DNA from: Massalongia carnosa
Lineage: Eukaryota
DNA: 64,000 nt
Assembly (NCBI GenBank): GCA_965645245.1
Contig: OZ287067.1
Span: forward strand, 1,736,001 to 1,800,000
Direction: 5' to 3'
The first letter of the stretch is position 1. Every line of letters begins with the position of its first letter. A program made the position numbers and the translations under genes. Positions 32,243 to 44,526 of the stretch are shown here, piece after piece. The notes under the pieces are model-generated. The model was not told where the DNA came from, did no database searches, and was given only the letters and a program-made list of their open reading frames with translations.

Positions 32243-35200
32243 TTACTGTTCGATCTCTCCCCAACCTCCAGTTTCGAAAATCTCGTCATCAAGCTGACCT
32301 AGTATCCATTTTCTTGTCGCGATTTTGTTATTGACAATGAATTTAATCAAAATGTCATTTCCGATTTTTGTATTAAACAACATATTCAAGTTGATGGTAG
32401 TATCGATATTTTGTTTCATGTTTTGAATTTCATCGAAATAGTGAATGCAATTCAATAGCAAGTGTTCTGGCGTTTGTCGTTGATTGCATCGATTTGAGCA
32501 TTTTGACGAATTATAATCTTTCAATCGATGTAAATAAGATCGAAAATAGCCGTGTCCGAATTTTAATTGCATAATAGTAGCAAATATCAATTTGGAACAG
32601 TTGTTTGATAAATAATAAAATCTCGATATGCCAGGTTTCATTTCGAATTTCTCGTAGTATTTGCCTTTTGATTTGCATTGTTGCCATTGATTCGTCCATG
32701 TGGTTAGCATATTTTGATTTATTTGATCTTTTACATAATCAAATGTTATCGCCGAGGACTCGACTAGGATTTGATTATGGCCCGTCTTTGCTATTTTGTC
32801 TGCAATTTCGTTTTCGGTAATATTTGAATGACTCAGAACCCATTGCAAAATCACCTGAAAATTGCTTTCAAATAAGATTTTTGCGAGCTTTCGAATTTGT
32901 CTGGCGAAAATATGATTTGTCAAGTTCTGAATTTCGTTTATCGCGTTTATACTATCAGAAAAAATCCAAATCGTTTTTTCTAAGTTCGATAAAATATTAG
33001 TATTCGACAATTTATAGACCCATTTCATTGCTTGTAAAATCGCATGCAGTTCAGCATTTTTAATGATTGACTTTTTGCTTAATTTCCAGCTTTTCGAAAT
33101 CGTATGATACTTGATCAGACAATCTTTTTCGATAAATCGATTAAAATTATTGATAATATTACTCCAGTTCCTTATAACTGGCGCAAATGTGACTGCAGAC
33201 GTTGCAAATTCGATTTTCGATCCATCTGTATAAAGTAAAACTCGGGATTTATCGGAGTTCATTGATTTAATTTTGGATAAGGTCGAATAATAACTTGATT
33301 TAGCAGATTCCTTTGTATTTTCGATTTGAAATTTGATTTTGCAAGGCGATTTCCAAGGTTTAATAAAATGATTTGATTGTTCAAATTCATCAGTTTTGTG
33401 AACTATATCGGAAACGGAATGAAGAACGCGAATAAGCTGACTAGGATGTCGTTTATTTGTTTGTTTTTCATCTTCGTTCCATTCGGCATATTTGTTGTTC
33501 CATAAACTTGTGTCAAAACCGATATTTTCGAATTTTATCGAATATGTGTTTGGAATTCTTTGACAAATAGGGTTATTTTCGGCAATCTTCAATGATCGAA
33601 TTGCGTATTTTTGATTTTTCATTAATAATCGAAGTTTAACTGGTAAAACATGTGATTCAATTTCCATCGCCTGAATAGGTGTGGTTTTGAAAGTTCCTAA
33701 AATCTTTCGAATCATTTGATTTTGTAGGTTCTGAAATAGTTTTTCATATTTCTTTTGACCATTATACCAAATTTCTGAGCCGTAGTCCGAAATAGGAATA
33801 ATGCATGACATATAGAGCTGTCTGCATGCGGTCGGTTTCAGACCCCATTCGGATTTCATCAAATTCTGAATTGCAAAAAACGATCGATTCGCAGAAGAGA
33901 TCCGCGTTTCGACGTGTTTTTTGAAATTTAGTTTTCGGTCTAACCAGACGCCCAACCATTTGACTACATTTTTCGGCTCTAGTACTGTCCCGTTTGGTAA
34001 TTCCAATGTGTCTTTCGATACATTTCTTGTCTTTTCGAAGTGAATCAGCTCGGATTTATCGTCATCAAATTTGACATTATTCGATGCGGCCCAATCAAAG
34101 GCCGTTTTGACTATGATTTCGATTTCTTTGCAATTCTGTTTTGCAGTTTTATTTTCGACATATATTGCAACATCGTCAATAAAACTGGGAGAATGTGCAT
34201 TGAATTTCATTCGTATTTTCGGAAACAAGTGACGAATGTAAATCAGAAATAGAATAGGCGAGATTGGTGAGCCTTGTGGAATTCCTGATTCGACATAATA
34301 TGTTTTGCTTAAATTTTCATCAAATATCAAATTGATCGATCGCTTTGTCATGAAATGCTTGACCCATTGAATTATTATGCGAGATAATTTCAGCTTTTTC
34401 ATAACATTTAGCAGTTGATTAATCGAGACAAAGTCAAATGCGCCTTTGACATCGAGTAATAAACATGATAAGACGTTTTTATTTCTATTTGCAATTTCAA
34501 TATCATGAACAACGTTCATTACTGTGTCAATTGCAGAATGATTTTTGCGTCCGCCCATCTGTTCGATATCGAGTAAATTCGAATTTTCGCCGAAGTAGGC
34601 TAGTCGATTTGCAACGATTTTTTCAGCAATTTTACCAAGACAATTTAGTAATGTGATAATTCGATATGATTTTGGAAACGAATAGTCCGATTTATTAGGT
34701 TTTTTCAGAACTGCACCGAGTCCTGTCCGCCAGCATAACGGGTGATAACCGATTCGAATGAATTTCGAATAAATCATGAAAAACACGTTTTTCAACGATT
34801 GAAACGATTTTTGAACAATTGTAAAATTGATTGCATCAGGTCCACATGCTTTCTTCGGATTAAATAAACTAATCGCATTTTTCAACTCGTTTTCGGTCAA
34901 ATCTGGCCAATTATCATCATTTACGCTGTCTTGATTTGATAAATCTTCCTCATTATCGTCAATAAATGGGTTTTTTGTATACATTGCTGACACAAATGCA
35001 TCGCATTTGTCATCAAACTGAACATTTAGCTTGTTTTCATGTAGAATCGGCGGTATTTTTTCGAATATTCGCGGTTTAGTGTATTTATACGCGGTAAATA
35101 CATCTTTATTTGCTGCATTTTCAAGAAAAGTCAACCATGTTTGTTGTTTTGCTTTTCGAATTGCATGAAAATACTCGATTCGACTATGTTTAAACGTCCG

Positions 35201-36256
35201 ATGACTAAAATCGGACGGATAATTCTTCCATTCTCGACGATGTCTGCACATGGTTTTTCGAAGTTCAGTTAAATCATGCGACCACCAATTTTTCGATTTT
35301 GCACAAATTTTCGTTTTCGGAATAAACATTTCAGCCGCGTTTTTGATAACGTTTTGCAAATATATCGCTGATTCGTCGAATTGATGATTATTCAATAAAC
35401 TTTGAACTTGTGATTCGTAGATGGTTGAATTTTCGTCTAGATACTTCGCGAATTTATTCCAATCAGCTTTATTGCAATTGTATTTATTCGATAATGCGGT
35501 TGCATGTGACGTCAAGTTTTTGAAAGATGCGATTAGTTCAAATCGGATGACTTCATGATCAGAACCTGTGACTGCGTTTTCATCGATTGACCAATTTGTA
35601 ATTGCATTTTCGATTTTAGAATTTGCAAAAGTTAAATCAATAACAGATGAAGAACTTCCAGAATGGGCGTAGTATGTACATAAGTCAGGTGTGTTTATCA
35701 AGCTACACCTGTTTAATTTCAACCATTTGACAAGATTTTCTGATCGAATTGCTTGTTGAATTTTCGAATTCCACCAGTTATGATGTGCATTGAAATCTCC
35801 ACAGATGACGAATTGATCAGTTGATTTTGGTTGTAATTGGATTAAAAGTCGATCGATCGTGTATGTTTCTCGATCACTTTGACTTTTTTCGTTATAAATA
35901 TTGAAAATCTGCACTTTTCGAACTTCATCAATTGTAATTTCAATAATTTGCATATCGGAATCGTCAATAAGATCCGTTCTAGGCGTGCATTGCAGTTTGG
36001 AATTGCCATTTGTGACAAATATAGCTACTCTCGAGCGATAAGTCGCTATTTTTGGCATAATACATGTAAATGACGGATGTGATATTGTTTTTTGATCTCG
36101 TGTCCATGGTTCCTGAAACAAAACAATATCAATTTGATTTGATAAAGCATATTCCAAACACGATATCATTGCATTCGTTGACTTTGCACAATTATGTTGA
36201 ATAAATTTAACATTTTGTGTATTTTCGATGTTTGTCAACGAATGCTGTCCTGCCAT
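32243..36256 (-). CDS. LINE-A ORF2 (1337 aa) EN-RT-RH
   Basis: Intact and near-identical to 18567..22580. Confidence 0.97.
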   Translation of the reverse strand: MAGQHSLTNIENTQNVKFIQHNCAKSTNAMISCLEYALSNQIDIVLFQEPWTRDQKTISHPSFTCIMPKIATYRSRVAIFVTNGNSKLQCTPRTDLIDDSDMQIIEITIDEVRKVQIFNIYNEKSQSDRETYTIDRLLIQLQPKSTDQFVICGDFNAHHNWWNSKIQQAIRSENLVKWLKLNRCSLINTPDLCTYYAHSGSSSSVIDLTFANSKIENAITNWSIDENAVTGSDHEVIRFELIASFKNLTSHATALSNKYNCNKADWNKFAKYLDENSTIYESQVQSLLNNHQFDESAIYLQNVIKNAAEMFIPKTKICAKSKNWWSHDLTELRKTMCRHRREWKNYPSDFSHRTFKHSRIEYFHAIRKAKQQTWLTFLENAANKDVFTAYKYTKPRIFEKIPPILHENKLNVQFDDKCDAFVSAMYTKNPFIDDNEEDLSNQDSVNDDNWPDLTENELKNAISLFNPKKACGPDAINFTIVQKSFQSLKNVFFMIYSKFIRIGYHPLCWRTGLGAVLKKPNKSDYSFPKSYRIITLLNCLGKIAEKIVANRLAYFGENSNLLDIEQMGGRKNHSAIDTVMNVVHDIEIANRNKNVLSCLLLDVKGAFDFVSINQLLNVMKKLKLSRIIIQWVKHFMTKRSINLIFDENLSKTYYVESGIPQGSPISPILFLIYIRHLFPKIRMKFNAHSPSFIDDVAIYVENKTAKQNCKEIEIIVKTAFDWAASNNVKFDDDKSELIHFEKTRNVSKDTLELPNGTVLEPKNVVKWLGVWLDRKLNFKKHVETRISSANRSFFAIQNLMKSEWGLKPTACRQLYMSCIIPISDYGSEIWYNGQKKYEKLFQNLQNQMIRKILGTFKTTPIQAMEIESHVLPVKLRLLMKNQKYAIRSLKIAENNPICQRIPNTYSIKFENIGFDTSLWNNKYAEWNEDEKQTNKRHPSQLIRVLHSVSDIVHKTDEFEQSNHFIKPWKSPCKIKFQIENTKESAKSSYYSTLSKIKSMNSDKSRVLLYTDGSKIEFATSAVTFAPVIRNWSNIINNFNRFIEKDCLIKYHTISKSWKLSKKSIIKNAELHAILQAMKWVYKLSNTNILSNLEKTIWIFSDSINAINEIQNLTNHIFARQIRKLAKILFESNFQVILQWVLSHSNITENEIADKIAKTGHNQILVESSAITFDYVKDQINQNMLTTWTNQWQQCKSKGKYYEKFEMKPGISRFYYLSNNCSKLIFATIMQLKFGHGYFRSYLHRLKDYNSSKCSNRCNQRQTPEHLLLNCIHYFDEIQNMKQNIDTTINLNMLFNTKIGNDILIKFIVNNKIATRKWILGQLDDEIFETGGWGEIEQ

Positions 36257-37914
36257 TACAAAGCGGCTAATTCGTCAGTCGATTTTCGAACATTTAACGA
36301 TATAACCATTTCACAATTTTCATCATTGGATTGATGATTCTTGTTGCAATTCGCGCATTTGACAACGGCGTGTGCACAAGCAATTTTTGACTTGCATGTT
36401 GTGCATTCATGATTGCGTGTTTCATGGTTTTGCGCACATATGCTGCATTTCGCTTGACTTTTGCATTGATAATGCTTGTGTCCAAATTTTTGACAATTAA
36501 TGCATTGTGTGTTTGGACGAACGGAGGTAAATATTTCCGTGTCACAATGTCGGCCCGCGATATTGACTCCTTTTAACGCGTTCAAGGCCATATTTCGATC
36601 ATTGAATGTCAAAACAACGGATGATTTGATCTTGTTATGACGATCACGTGCTAGCCATCTGGGAACATCGCATAATTGCATGTTCGAATTGAACTTTTGA
36701 ATTTCGTCTTGCAAATATTGCATGTTTTCATCAAATGTTGCAATATTTACACCGTGTGCGACGACTTTGAACCACGATTCGTCCTTTCGAACTGTTCGTA
36801 GGTCGAATAAATGCTCCCATATTGATTTATTGTTCAATAAATCTTCAGCAGTGTTATCAGGACTAGTAGTCAGAACGATGTTTTGACCCGTTTTGGACTT
36901 TTCGACCGTGTTAACAACGATAGTCAATTTCGCGTCTTTAAAAAGCGAATTGATTTGGTTTCGAAGCAACAGTGAATCGATATCGCCGATTTGAGCTTTC
37001 GGTGTGATTATCAATCGTCGAGATTTGATCGCCTTGAAATCGTCAGTATTATCTAATTTGTTCGCATTCGAATTATTGTTGTTGTTCTTGTTTGTTTTTT
37101 TGGATCGAGGAACGGTAGTCCAATTTTCGGAATTGACAGTCGCTTTTCCGAGCATTTGGCTCCATGTTCTAGCTGTATCGTTGACCTGCGGCCCTGGGAC
37201 TCCGGCGGTTTCGCTCCGAATTTCTGGGTTGACGTTTTGAGTCAAATTCGAATTTCCATTTGAATTTCCCTTCGATTTTGTCTGTATAGGATGCACCGAT
37301 TGTCTCTTTGTTTCTGGAATTTGGCTAGTTTGTTCTAGCACCCTATTCAATTTCCAATCAATCATTTCTAACGTTGCTTTTGGCTTGATCGATTTCTTTG
37401 CCAGTAGAGAATTGACGTGATCGATGACCATAGCCGTTTCGGGGTTTTGATCTATTACGAATGACTCTAATAATGCATTTTTTGCCGTATTCAATAGTTG
37501 AATCGATTTTGATCGATTGATGACTTCTTGACTCTCAATCGAATGTTCGTCAAATGTTCGTCTTTTGTTGCGTTTAATTGGTGGACTCAGTCGAATATCA
37601 GAATTCAATGATGGCATGGGCAGATTGGTACTGAATTCACCAGATGGCGCGACAAAAGGTTTCGTTTTTGGGGTGGGTGTGGAAGGTGCGGACGAAAATT
37701 CTCGCGTTTGGTCTATGGCCTCCGTGGATTCTACGGTTAGGGGGTTGCTCCCAATTATCGCTACCGAAGATGGCGTGGGGGAGTCGGTTCGGGGGGGGCA
37801 CGGGGGAGTACTCGGGGGGACCCATAGATGCTGTGGAGGGGGGCCTGGGGGAGGAGTTGTTGGTATCAATCGATTTGGTCTATGACCTATCGGGTTAAAT
37901 CTTCGATTGAGCAT
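36256..37914 (-). CDS. LINE-A ORF1 (552 aa)
   Basis: Intact, with CCHC knuckles. Confidence 0.95.
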   Translation of the reverse strand: MLNRRFNPIGHRPNRLIPTTPPPGPPPQHLWVPPSTPPCPPRTDSPTPSSVAIIGSNPLTVESTEAIDQTREFSSAPSTPTPKTKPFVAPSGEFSTNLPMPSLNSDIRLSPPIKRNKRRTFDEHSIESQEVINRSKSIQLLNTAKNALLESFVIDQNPETAMVIDHVNSLLAKKSIKPKATLEMIDWKLNRVLEQTSQIPETKRQSVHPIQTKSKGNSNGNSNLTQNVNPEIRSETAGVPGPQVNDTARTWSQMLGKATVNSENWTTVPRSKKTNKNNNNNSNANKLDNTDDFKAIKSRRLIITPKAQIGDIDSLLLRNQINSLFKDAKLTIVVNTVEKSKTGQNIVLTTSPDNTAEDLLNNKSIWEHLFDLRTVRKDESWFKVVAHGVNIATFDENMQYLQDEIQKFNSNMQLCDVPRWLARDRHNKIKSSVVLTFNDRNMALNALKGVNIAGRHCDTEIFTSVRPNTQCINCQKFGHKHYQCKSQAKCSICAQNHETRNHECTTCKSKIACAHAVVKCANCNKNHQSNDENCEMVISLNVRKSTDELAAL

Positions 37915-40900
37915 AGTGTTTTTGCCTTTGCAATATCCCTTTTATCGCCACCAAATAATTTATTCTGACTTTCCCCGGACGTACTAGTCAGAATAGAATT
38001 TACACCTGTTTGTTTACTGGTCAAATGACTCTTTCTTTCCTATCCCTATTTATTTGACTATAACGCGTCAAATAAATCCTAATCGGGTTAAAATAGACCG
38101 TTCCTCGCTAAGGCAGTAAGTCTTATTTAACCCTTTACCAGACACTACAATAGGTGAAAATAATGAAAGTTTTTTTTTTGCTTTTTTCAATAAAGATAAA
38201 TTTTAATGCAATGTAAGACAATAGGAGACTTCCTATTCTGATTAATCTGAAACAGGACCTTTGGTATAATCCTATTCCAGACGTTTTTCCCCTTCTTTTC
38301 AGTGATCTGTTGACCGGCCGTTCAACGAAGATCTATAAAGCCGAAAATGGAATGTGCAAAAATTATACGTGAAATATGCTATGAAAATTTGTGCTTGCGG
38401 AAGTTCCCGTAACCTTAAATGAGGAATGAACTTTAGAAGACTCTGACGTCGCGACAGTTGTTGTACAGTCCCGCGAGAGTAGATAATTTTTGTAGATAAT
38501 TTTTATAGTAATAATTGAAGGTCATGCGACAACAGAACAGAAGAAAACAAGAAAAAAGAGCGATTTTTGGTGAGGTTGTTGGTATTTGTTGTTTTTTCCA
38601 ACTTCTAGAGCGCGCTTTATCACGTCGGTCGCGTGCGACCAGCAGAAAAACTCTGCTGGAGCTTTGCTAGAGCTCTCCTACACTCAATCTGAGAGCGTTT
38701 TAACTCTGGAGGAGCGCAAATGACTGAGAAATAGAGGCTCAATTGACTGTTAAAGTTATAGTGTATCAAAAGTTGCGGTACTTGTGTTTCTTGTTGTTCA
38801 GGCGGGTTTCGACACTCCTTGCCTCGAAGTTTGTCAGCTATTTTGTTGCATGCGGAGGAGATGATCTTCAATTGGCCTCCGGCTCGGAGCCGGTACCTTG
38901 CCTGTGCTTGTAGCATGTCGAGATGCGTGTCTATGGGCGCTATGAATGTCTCTACTTCTAGTACTGAGATGGGAGTGGCTTTAAAGGCACCGGCTATGGC
39001 GCGAAGGCAATTGTTTTGAATGACGGAGAGCTTGCTCGTTGACGTTTTTGACTTTTTGACTTCTTTGGGCATGTGCCATACGGTTGACCCATATGTCATG
39101 GCCGGACGCACCACGGCACTGTAAACCTGCCTTGCCTTGGCGAAGGTGGCACCCCAGGTTGATGTGGAAATTTTTGTCAATGCCATGGATTGTTTGACTA
39201 TTTTCTCTTGCGTTTTGCGAACGTGCGGTCCCCATTTCAATTTGGTGTCGATTTGTAGGCCCAATACTCTGATGTCCGTTTTAGGTTCAATTTCGGTGCT
39301 AGCAATATTGATGGATGCAGTCATGTTAAATCTTTTGGGATTTCTGGACAAGTGTATGAGTTCGTACTACGTCGGAGCGAATACGGACCCGTGCCGGGAA
39401 GCCCACGTCTCACATTGTCTGTGTATTGCCTCTAGAGTTTTGCAGTTTTCCTCGGTACTTTTTCCATATGCCAAAATGTTTCCGTCGTCTACGAATCCTA
39501 TGGCACTTGTGTTTTTGCCTGGTCGATCACATATTTCCAAGAGATCTGCATTGTAAAATAGGTAAAGAATGGACGACAGGGGAGAGCCCTGCGGGATACC
39601 CGTTCTTACCGCAAACCGCCCAGTGACTTTTCGATTTATTGCTAAAGTGGTGCTTCGATCGCTCAGAAAGCTGTTTAACCAGTCGGTGATCCATTTTGGA
39701 ATTTTTCTTTTCCGTAGGTTGTGCGTTAGTCGTTGATGTGATAACGTATCGAACGCGCCGGCGACATCCATGCTTAGCAGTTTGGCTACTTTGTCTTTTC
39801 CCTGACCCCAAATCGTGTGAACCTGTTCAGTTAGCAGTTCCAGTGCTGACTCTTTGGATCTGCCCTTCCTTGCTCCCATCTGTGTATCGGGTAGGAGCCG
39901 GTGTTTTTCCGCCAGATAGGTTATTTTCGATCCAATGATGGATTCCATAACTTTACTGAGCGTGTTGAGCAGTGCAATTGGTCGGTAGGCTTTCGGCGTG
40001 GTATAGTCTCCTTTGCCTATTTTTTTCAGCGCTATTGTGTTTGCCATTTTGAAGGCCCGCGGGTGGTACGAGTGTATGACGCACGCCTGAAACAGAGGTG
40101 TTAGTAGTTCCACAAGTATTTCGCTGCATGCTTTGAGTATTCTGTTAGATATGCCGTCTGGGCCCGGTGCCTTATCGGACTTGAGCCGACTCAGGGCCGT
40201 CGATACTTCTGACTTGGTGATGATTATTGGGCAGTGCGGCGATGTAGGATAGAAGGATCCTTCTATGTCGCTTAGGTCGGCCGGTGGTGGTGCGGGAAAG
40301 AAGACACCTTTCAGCATTTCGGCTTTTTGCTCAAACGTGTCTGCTACTTGGTCATTGAATTTTAGCATCGGCATTTTGGATACTTCTCTAGATTGATGAC
40401 TTTTGTCTTTGGCCTATTTCGCTAGCCGCCATAGTCCCTGAGGCGTTTCGGTGGCCTTATTGATTTCTTGACGAAAGTTTGTTCTCTTTGCCTTTTGAAT
40501 GATTTTCTGTTTTTTATCATTGGATTTCATATAGTTAGACCAGTCCGTTAGATCTAACGTGCTGGACCATATGCGGCGTAGTTTCCGTGTGGCTTTGGTA
40601 GCAATGCTGCATTCTTCTGTCCAGAATGGCTTAGCATATTCGCTAGATTTTGCCCATGGAACTGCTTCGTTGATGACATTTTGTAGAAATTTTTGAATCG
40701 ATTCCGTGTACGCATCAATCTCGGCAGTGGTACGGGGAGACTGCGGTATAGGGGCGTGTCGTTCGGCCTCCCTTAATTTTTCCAGGTTTAGAAGTTTCCA
40801 TGCTCTGCGTTTGATTTTCGGTTGCGGCTCGCTTCCGAGTAGGATGCGGGTTGATATCGGCACGTGATCGGACGATTGATTCAATTCTGGTCTGGACATG

Positions 40901-41546
40901 CAGTGTTCGAGTCTTTCGACTAGGTATTCTGACATGAAAACCAAATCTATCGTGCTAGACGTGTTTCTTGCTTCCCATGTTACGGTGCCTTTCGGCAGTG
41001 TCAACGAAAGATTATGATCATCGATTATTTCCAGTAATTGATCAGCAGCTGCGTGTTGTGTGGGTCTTGAGGGACCATTCCAAAAGGGATGATGCAGGTT
41101 GAAATCTCCAAGTAGTATGTGATGCGCATCGGCGGTAAGCATGCTCCGAGCCGCCGGTAAGGTCGTGGGACTGTCAGTGGATGAATAGGAAGCGGGAGAG
41201 AGGTTATACACATTATGGACGTGAATTGTTTCCATAACGCCTTCGGTGTAGGTCTTTATTTTCAAAGTGCACATGTCGGCCGAGGTGAATTCCACCTCCT
41301 AGCTGTCAGTGTCTATTAGGTCGTTGACATAAAAGCACACTCTGGTGTCACCTCCTGGGCGGTATAGGAGGTGAAAGCCGCTTTGATGAGAACTAAGCGA
41401 TGTGGGGGCGGATGGATTGCGCCACAGTTCCTGTATTGCAATAATATTATAGTCCTGGGTGTTTGTGTCTGCTAAGAGGGGTATCATAGTACTCACTCTG
41501 TCATTTCTGAAATTATACTGCAATATAGAGAGGGATTTTGTGTCCC

Positions 41547-43093
41547 TCATAGGATTTCCATCGTTTCAGCCGCTGTGTTCGATGTGACCTGAGTTCCTGC
41601 CGTTAATGCTACGGAATTTGCACGAGGCCTACCCAACACTAGTTTTGCTAAGGCCTTTACCATATTTTCAGGATTCATGATGCCTATATTAGCCCAGGTA
41701 GGTGCGTCGTCTCCCCGAAGAGGGCCCAGGGGTGTGCCGGATGAGGGCGTAGCGTTGTGTATTTTTCTTTTCTTGCCGTTTACTATCTTCCACGTTGACA
41801 GAATTTCGTCCGTTTGTGTGACTGTGGGTGTCGACTCTCGTTGAAGTTTAAATTGAAATGAGGGCGGCTGTGATTCAATTGCATAGAGGGGGGCGCGGTT
41901 TTGCATTGCTATTTCAGTTTTTCGCTTTTCAGCTAATCTGACTTTGCATGCTGTGGACCATGCTTCGTGTCCCTTCTCTCCGCATACGGCGCAACGGCGG
42001 TATTGCCCTGTTGTCTCCAGATTGCATTCTTTGCTTTGATGTCCACCGGCGCAGTGACCAGAGGCGGCGGGATTGCGGCATGCTCTACCGATGTGTCCGT
42101 ATTTTTGGCAGTTGAAGCATTGAGTCATGGTGCAACCACGTGTGAAGCGCTCGCAGTCCTTTATTTCGTAGCTTTCCATTAGGCCCTCGGTGGTAAGCCG
42201 GTTAGCCATCTCGGCGGTGGCGACCTCTATACGAAGCATCGAGTACGCTTTTTTCTCTGTAATGGCCTTGATTGACCAGGCTACTTTGACGATCTTCAGG
42301 TTAGGGTGCAGGCGTGCGTTAGCGGCCTGAAGGTAGGTGATGGCTGTTGATTGATTGGCAACTTTGATGTTTTCTACCCTGATTCCATTCGCTCTTACGG
42401 TGAAGGTGCGGGTGTGCACCGCAGCTGAGGCGGCCACCATGCGGGTCCAATCGGTCATCTCCTGCAGGGTCTTCTTTGCTTCCAATGACTATGCTTGAAT
42501 CCTGATGTCGCCGTTTAACAAACGCGACACTCCTCTTATTCCTTCAGCTCTATTTTGTAGTGTTTCTACTAACTCCTTGGTTGGCATTAGCTTCATTTTT
42601 TCCTTGTCCGCATCCTCCGTGATGTGAACGGTGATTTCCCGGGCACGTCGCGCTTCTCTTGGTGTGGGTGCTTTGTCTTTGCGGGCCTGTTGAGGCTTGA
42701 CGTTTTGGTTCTTTGGGGGTGCGGGCTCATCTCGGCCTTGCCTTGTGGCAGCAGCGGCATATCTGCGAGGAGTGGTCTCATTGCGCTCTATGCGTGTCAG
42801 TGATTGTTGGATTGCCTGTAATGTGTCACCTATGTTGTTGGGAGTTTCTGCAACTTTGTCATCGACTAGATTTTGCGCTTGCAAAATTTCCGCTGAGTTT
42901 CTCAGCAACTGCAACGCCTCCGGGTCACCAACGGTGCCCACTCGATCAAGATACTCCTTGATCTTTACATGTAAACATTCCCTCCTTTCGCTGTGCGCTC
43001 TCGAGAGCGCGTTTGTTTATTCGAGTGTAGCTAAGAATGATAAAATAGAGTTGACATCTCCTTCGTGAAGTCTCTATCCCAATTTTCGTTCAT
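41547..43093 (-). pseudogene. LINE-C ORF1 pseudogene (start approximate)
   Basis: Fragments 42489..42941 and 41547..42485 with knuckles (QCFNCQKYGHIGRAC). ATGA overlap with ORF2. Confidence 0.85.
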
Positions 43094-43849
43094 CTCACTG
43101 ATGCGTTTTACGGCCCAAGACTATTGATGAATTCTACGATTGGGGTGAACGACGTCCCTTTCGCCCAGGTCAAACCCAGTTTACTCCTTAAGCATATATC
43201 AAGGGCGAGTCTAGCCGTAGCCCATGCGTTGGCGAACCGACGGGGTCTCGTTACGAGCGAGACAGAAATTCCCTGCTCTATATACACCAACATGCGCATA
43301 CTGTCCTCTCGGGCTATGCAGACGGTCACCGTACGGTGGCCGCCATTGCATACCACGCCTCACGGGTTTTTTACGCCCACTTCGCGTTATTCATAAAGGT
43401 CTCCCGTTTATGAACCGACCATATCTCGCAGGGATTTCGACAGCTATGCTCCTGACCAGGCAGTATAGTATCGGTTTTCCGTCCCTACTAACCAAAACAA
43501 GTCGAGGACAACTCGGAGGGGTGCTCGTTTGAAATTCGTCTATTAGCTCAGGGCCTAGACTGTTATCAATTAACGGATTCCTCGTATATTGCCCTCTTCT
43601 TGTCCCAAGGGTGTCCTATTTGATGACTAGGTTGCCTCCACCATCCCCGGTACGACTCCGGTTTGGGCCGTGTTGCTCACGGTAGCCATCAATCGGTTGG
43701 TTTTCGTAACCCAAATCCCTTGTATCGTGTAGGGTGTGACCCTACACTATGTTTCTATATGTTTTATTTCTTTCAGCCGGAGGGCTCCGTGTTGTAGACG
43801 AAGGAGACCCGTGTGATAGACATAGCTGACCCGTGTCGTACGTCTTTAG

Positions 43850-43892
43850 CTCTCAGCCGATGACTGCATGAAAGGACTTGAACCTTTAAGAG
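43850..43892 (-). ncRNA. T-loop/B-box three-way-junction motif, copy 1
   Basis: Closing stem CTCT/AGAG, TTCAAGT loop on the minus strand. Function unknown. Confidence 0.55.
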
Positions 43893-44048
43893 TATGACCG
43901 AACGTTGTTAACGAGGTCTATGAAAATCTTATTAACGAGGTCTTCGAGAACAATATTAACGAAGTTCCGCTGAACTCTTTTCATTCGTTTTGTGATCCAT
44001 CGAGGTCTACCCGTGTCAAATCCACACCATGCCCGTGTCAAAATACAT

Positions 44049-44095
44049 TATTTTCAGCTGATGACTGCTAGAAAGGACTTGAACCTCTAAAAATA
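44049..44095 (-). ncRNA. Same motif, copy 2
   Basis: Closing stem TATTTT/AAAATA. Confidence 0.55.
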
Positions 44096-44173
44096 TATAC
44101 TCCGATATTAACGGGGTGCAGATCTGTCTTAAAGAGCCCCCGCAGAACCCCCTTCACAGGGACGTGTTATTGG

Positions 44174-44267
44174 TTTGTGACTGTGTTTTTTGTGACTGTG
44201 TGTTTTGTGACTGTGTGTTTGTGACTGTATGTTTGTGACTGTGTGCTTTGTGACTGTGTGCTTTGTA
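44174..44267. repeat. Minisatellite, about six copies of a 14-15-bp TTTGTGACTGTGTG(C/T) unit
   Basis: Read directly from the sequence. Confidence 0.9.
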
Positions 44268-44409
44268 CAACATGTGATTGATGACTATGTGTTTTGTGAC
44301 TTTGTTTTCCTCGATTTTATTTAACAGGCCGGGCCTATTAAATGGGATATTGTTATTCTGCTCCGAGATGGAGTTTTCTTTAGGTGACAGCATTCGCCCC
44401 GGTGCCTTT

Positions 44410-44476
44410 ACGCGTTCTGTTGATCCCAGCTGATGACTGCATGGGGAGACTTGAACTCTCAGGAGCTAGAACGCGT
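44410..44476 (-). ncRNA. Same motif, copy 3
   Basis: Closing stem TCC/GGA extended by ACGCGTTCT/AGAACGCGT. Confidence 0.6.
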
Positions 44477-44526
44477 GTCGACTGTGCCCGGGTGGGGGAT
44501 GATGCGGCTCCTTTGGTCCACATCTT

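Larger units (their letters stand above)
32008..38803 (-). mobile_element. LINE-A copy 4, full-length and intact
   Basis: TSD CCTTGCCTCGAAGTTT at 31992..32007 and 38817..38832; 13 extra nt at the 5' junction; poly(A) tail. Confidence 0.97.
31444..41550 (-). pseudogene. LINE-C ORF2 (EN-RT-Cys) with in-frame stops, interrupted at 32008..38816
   Basis: Fragments 41299..41550, 40414..41295, 39367..40374, about 38817..39351 and 31444..31815. Homologous to LINE-B ORF2. Confidence 0.9.

Noticed and set aside
38620..39351. Standalone 243-aa gene
   Set aside because: A chimera of LINE-C ORF2 reading through the junction into the LINE-A 5' UTR.
44174..44267. CRISPR-like array
   Set aside because: Contiguous tandem units without spacers, in a eukaryotic context with no cas genes.
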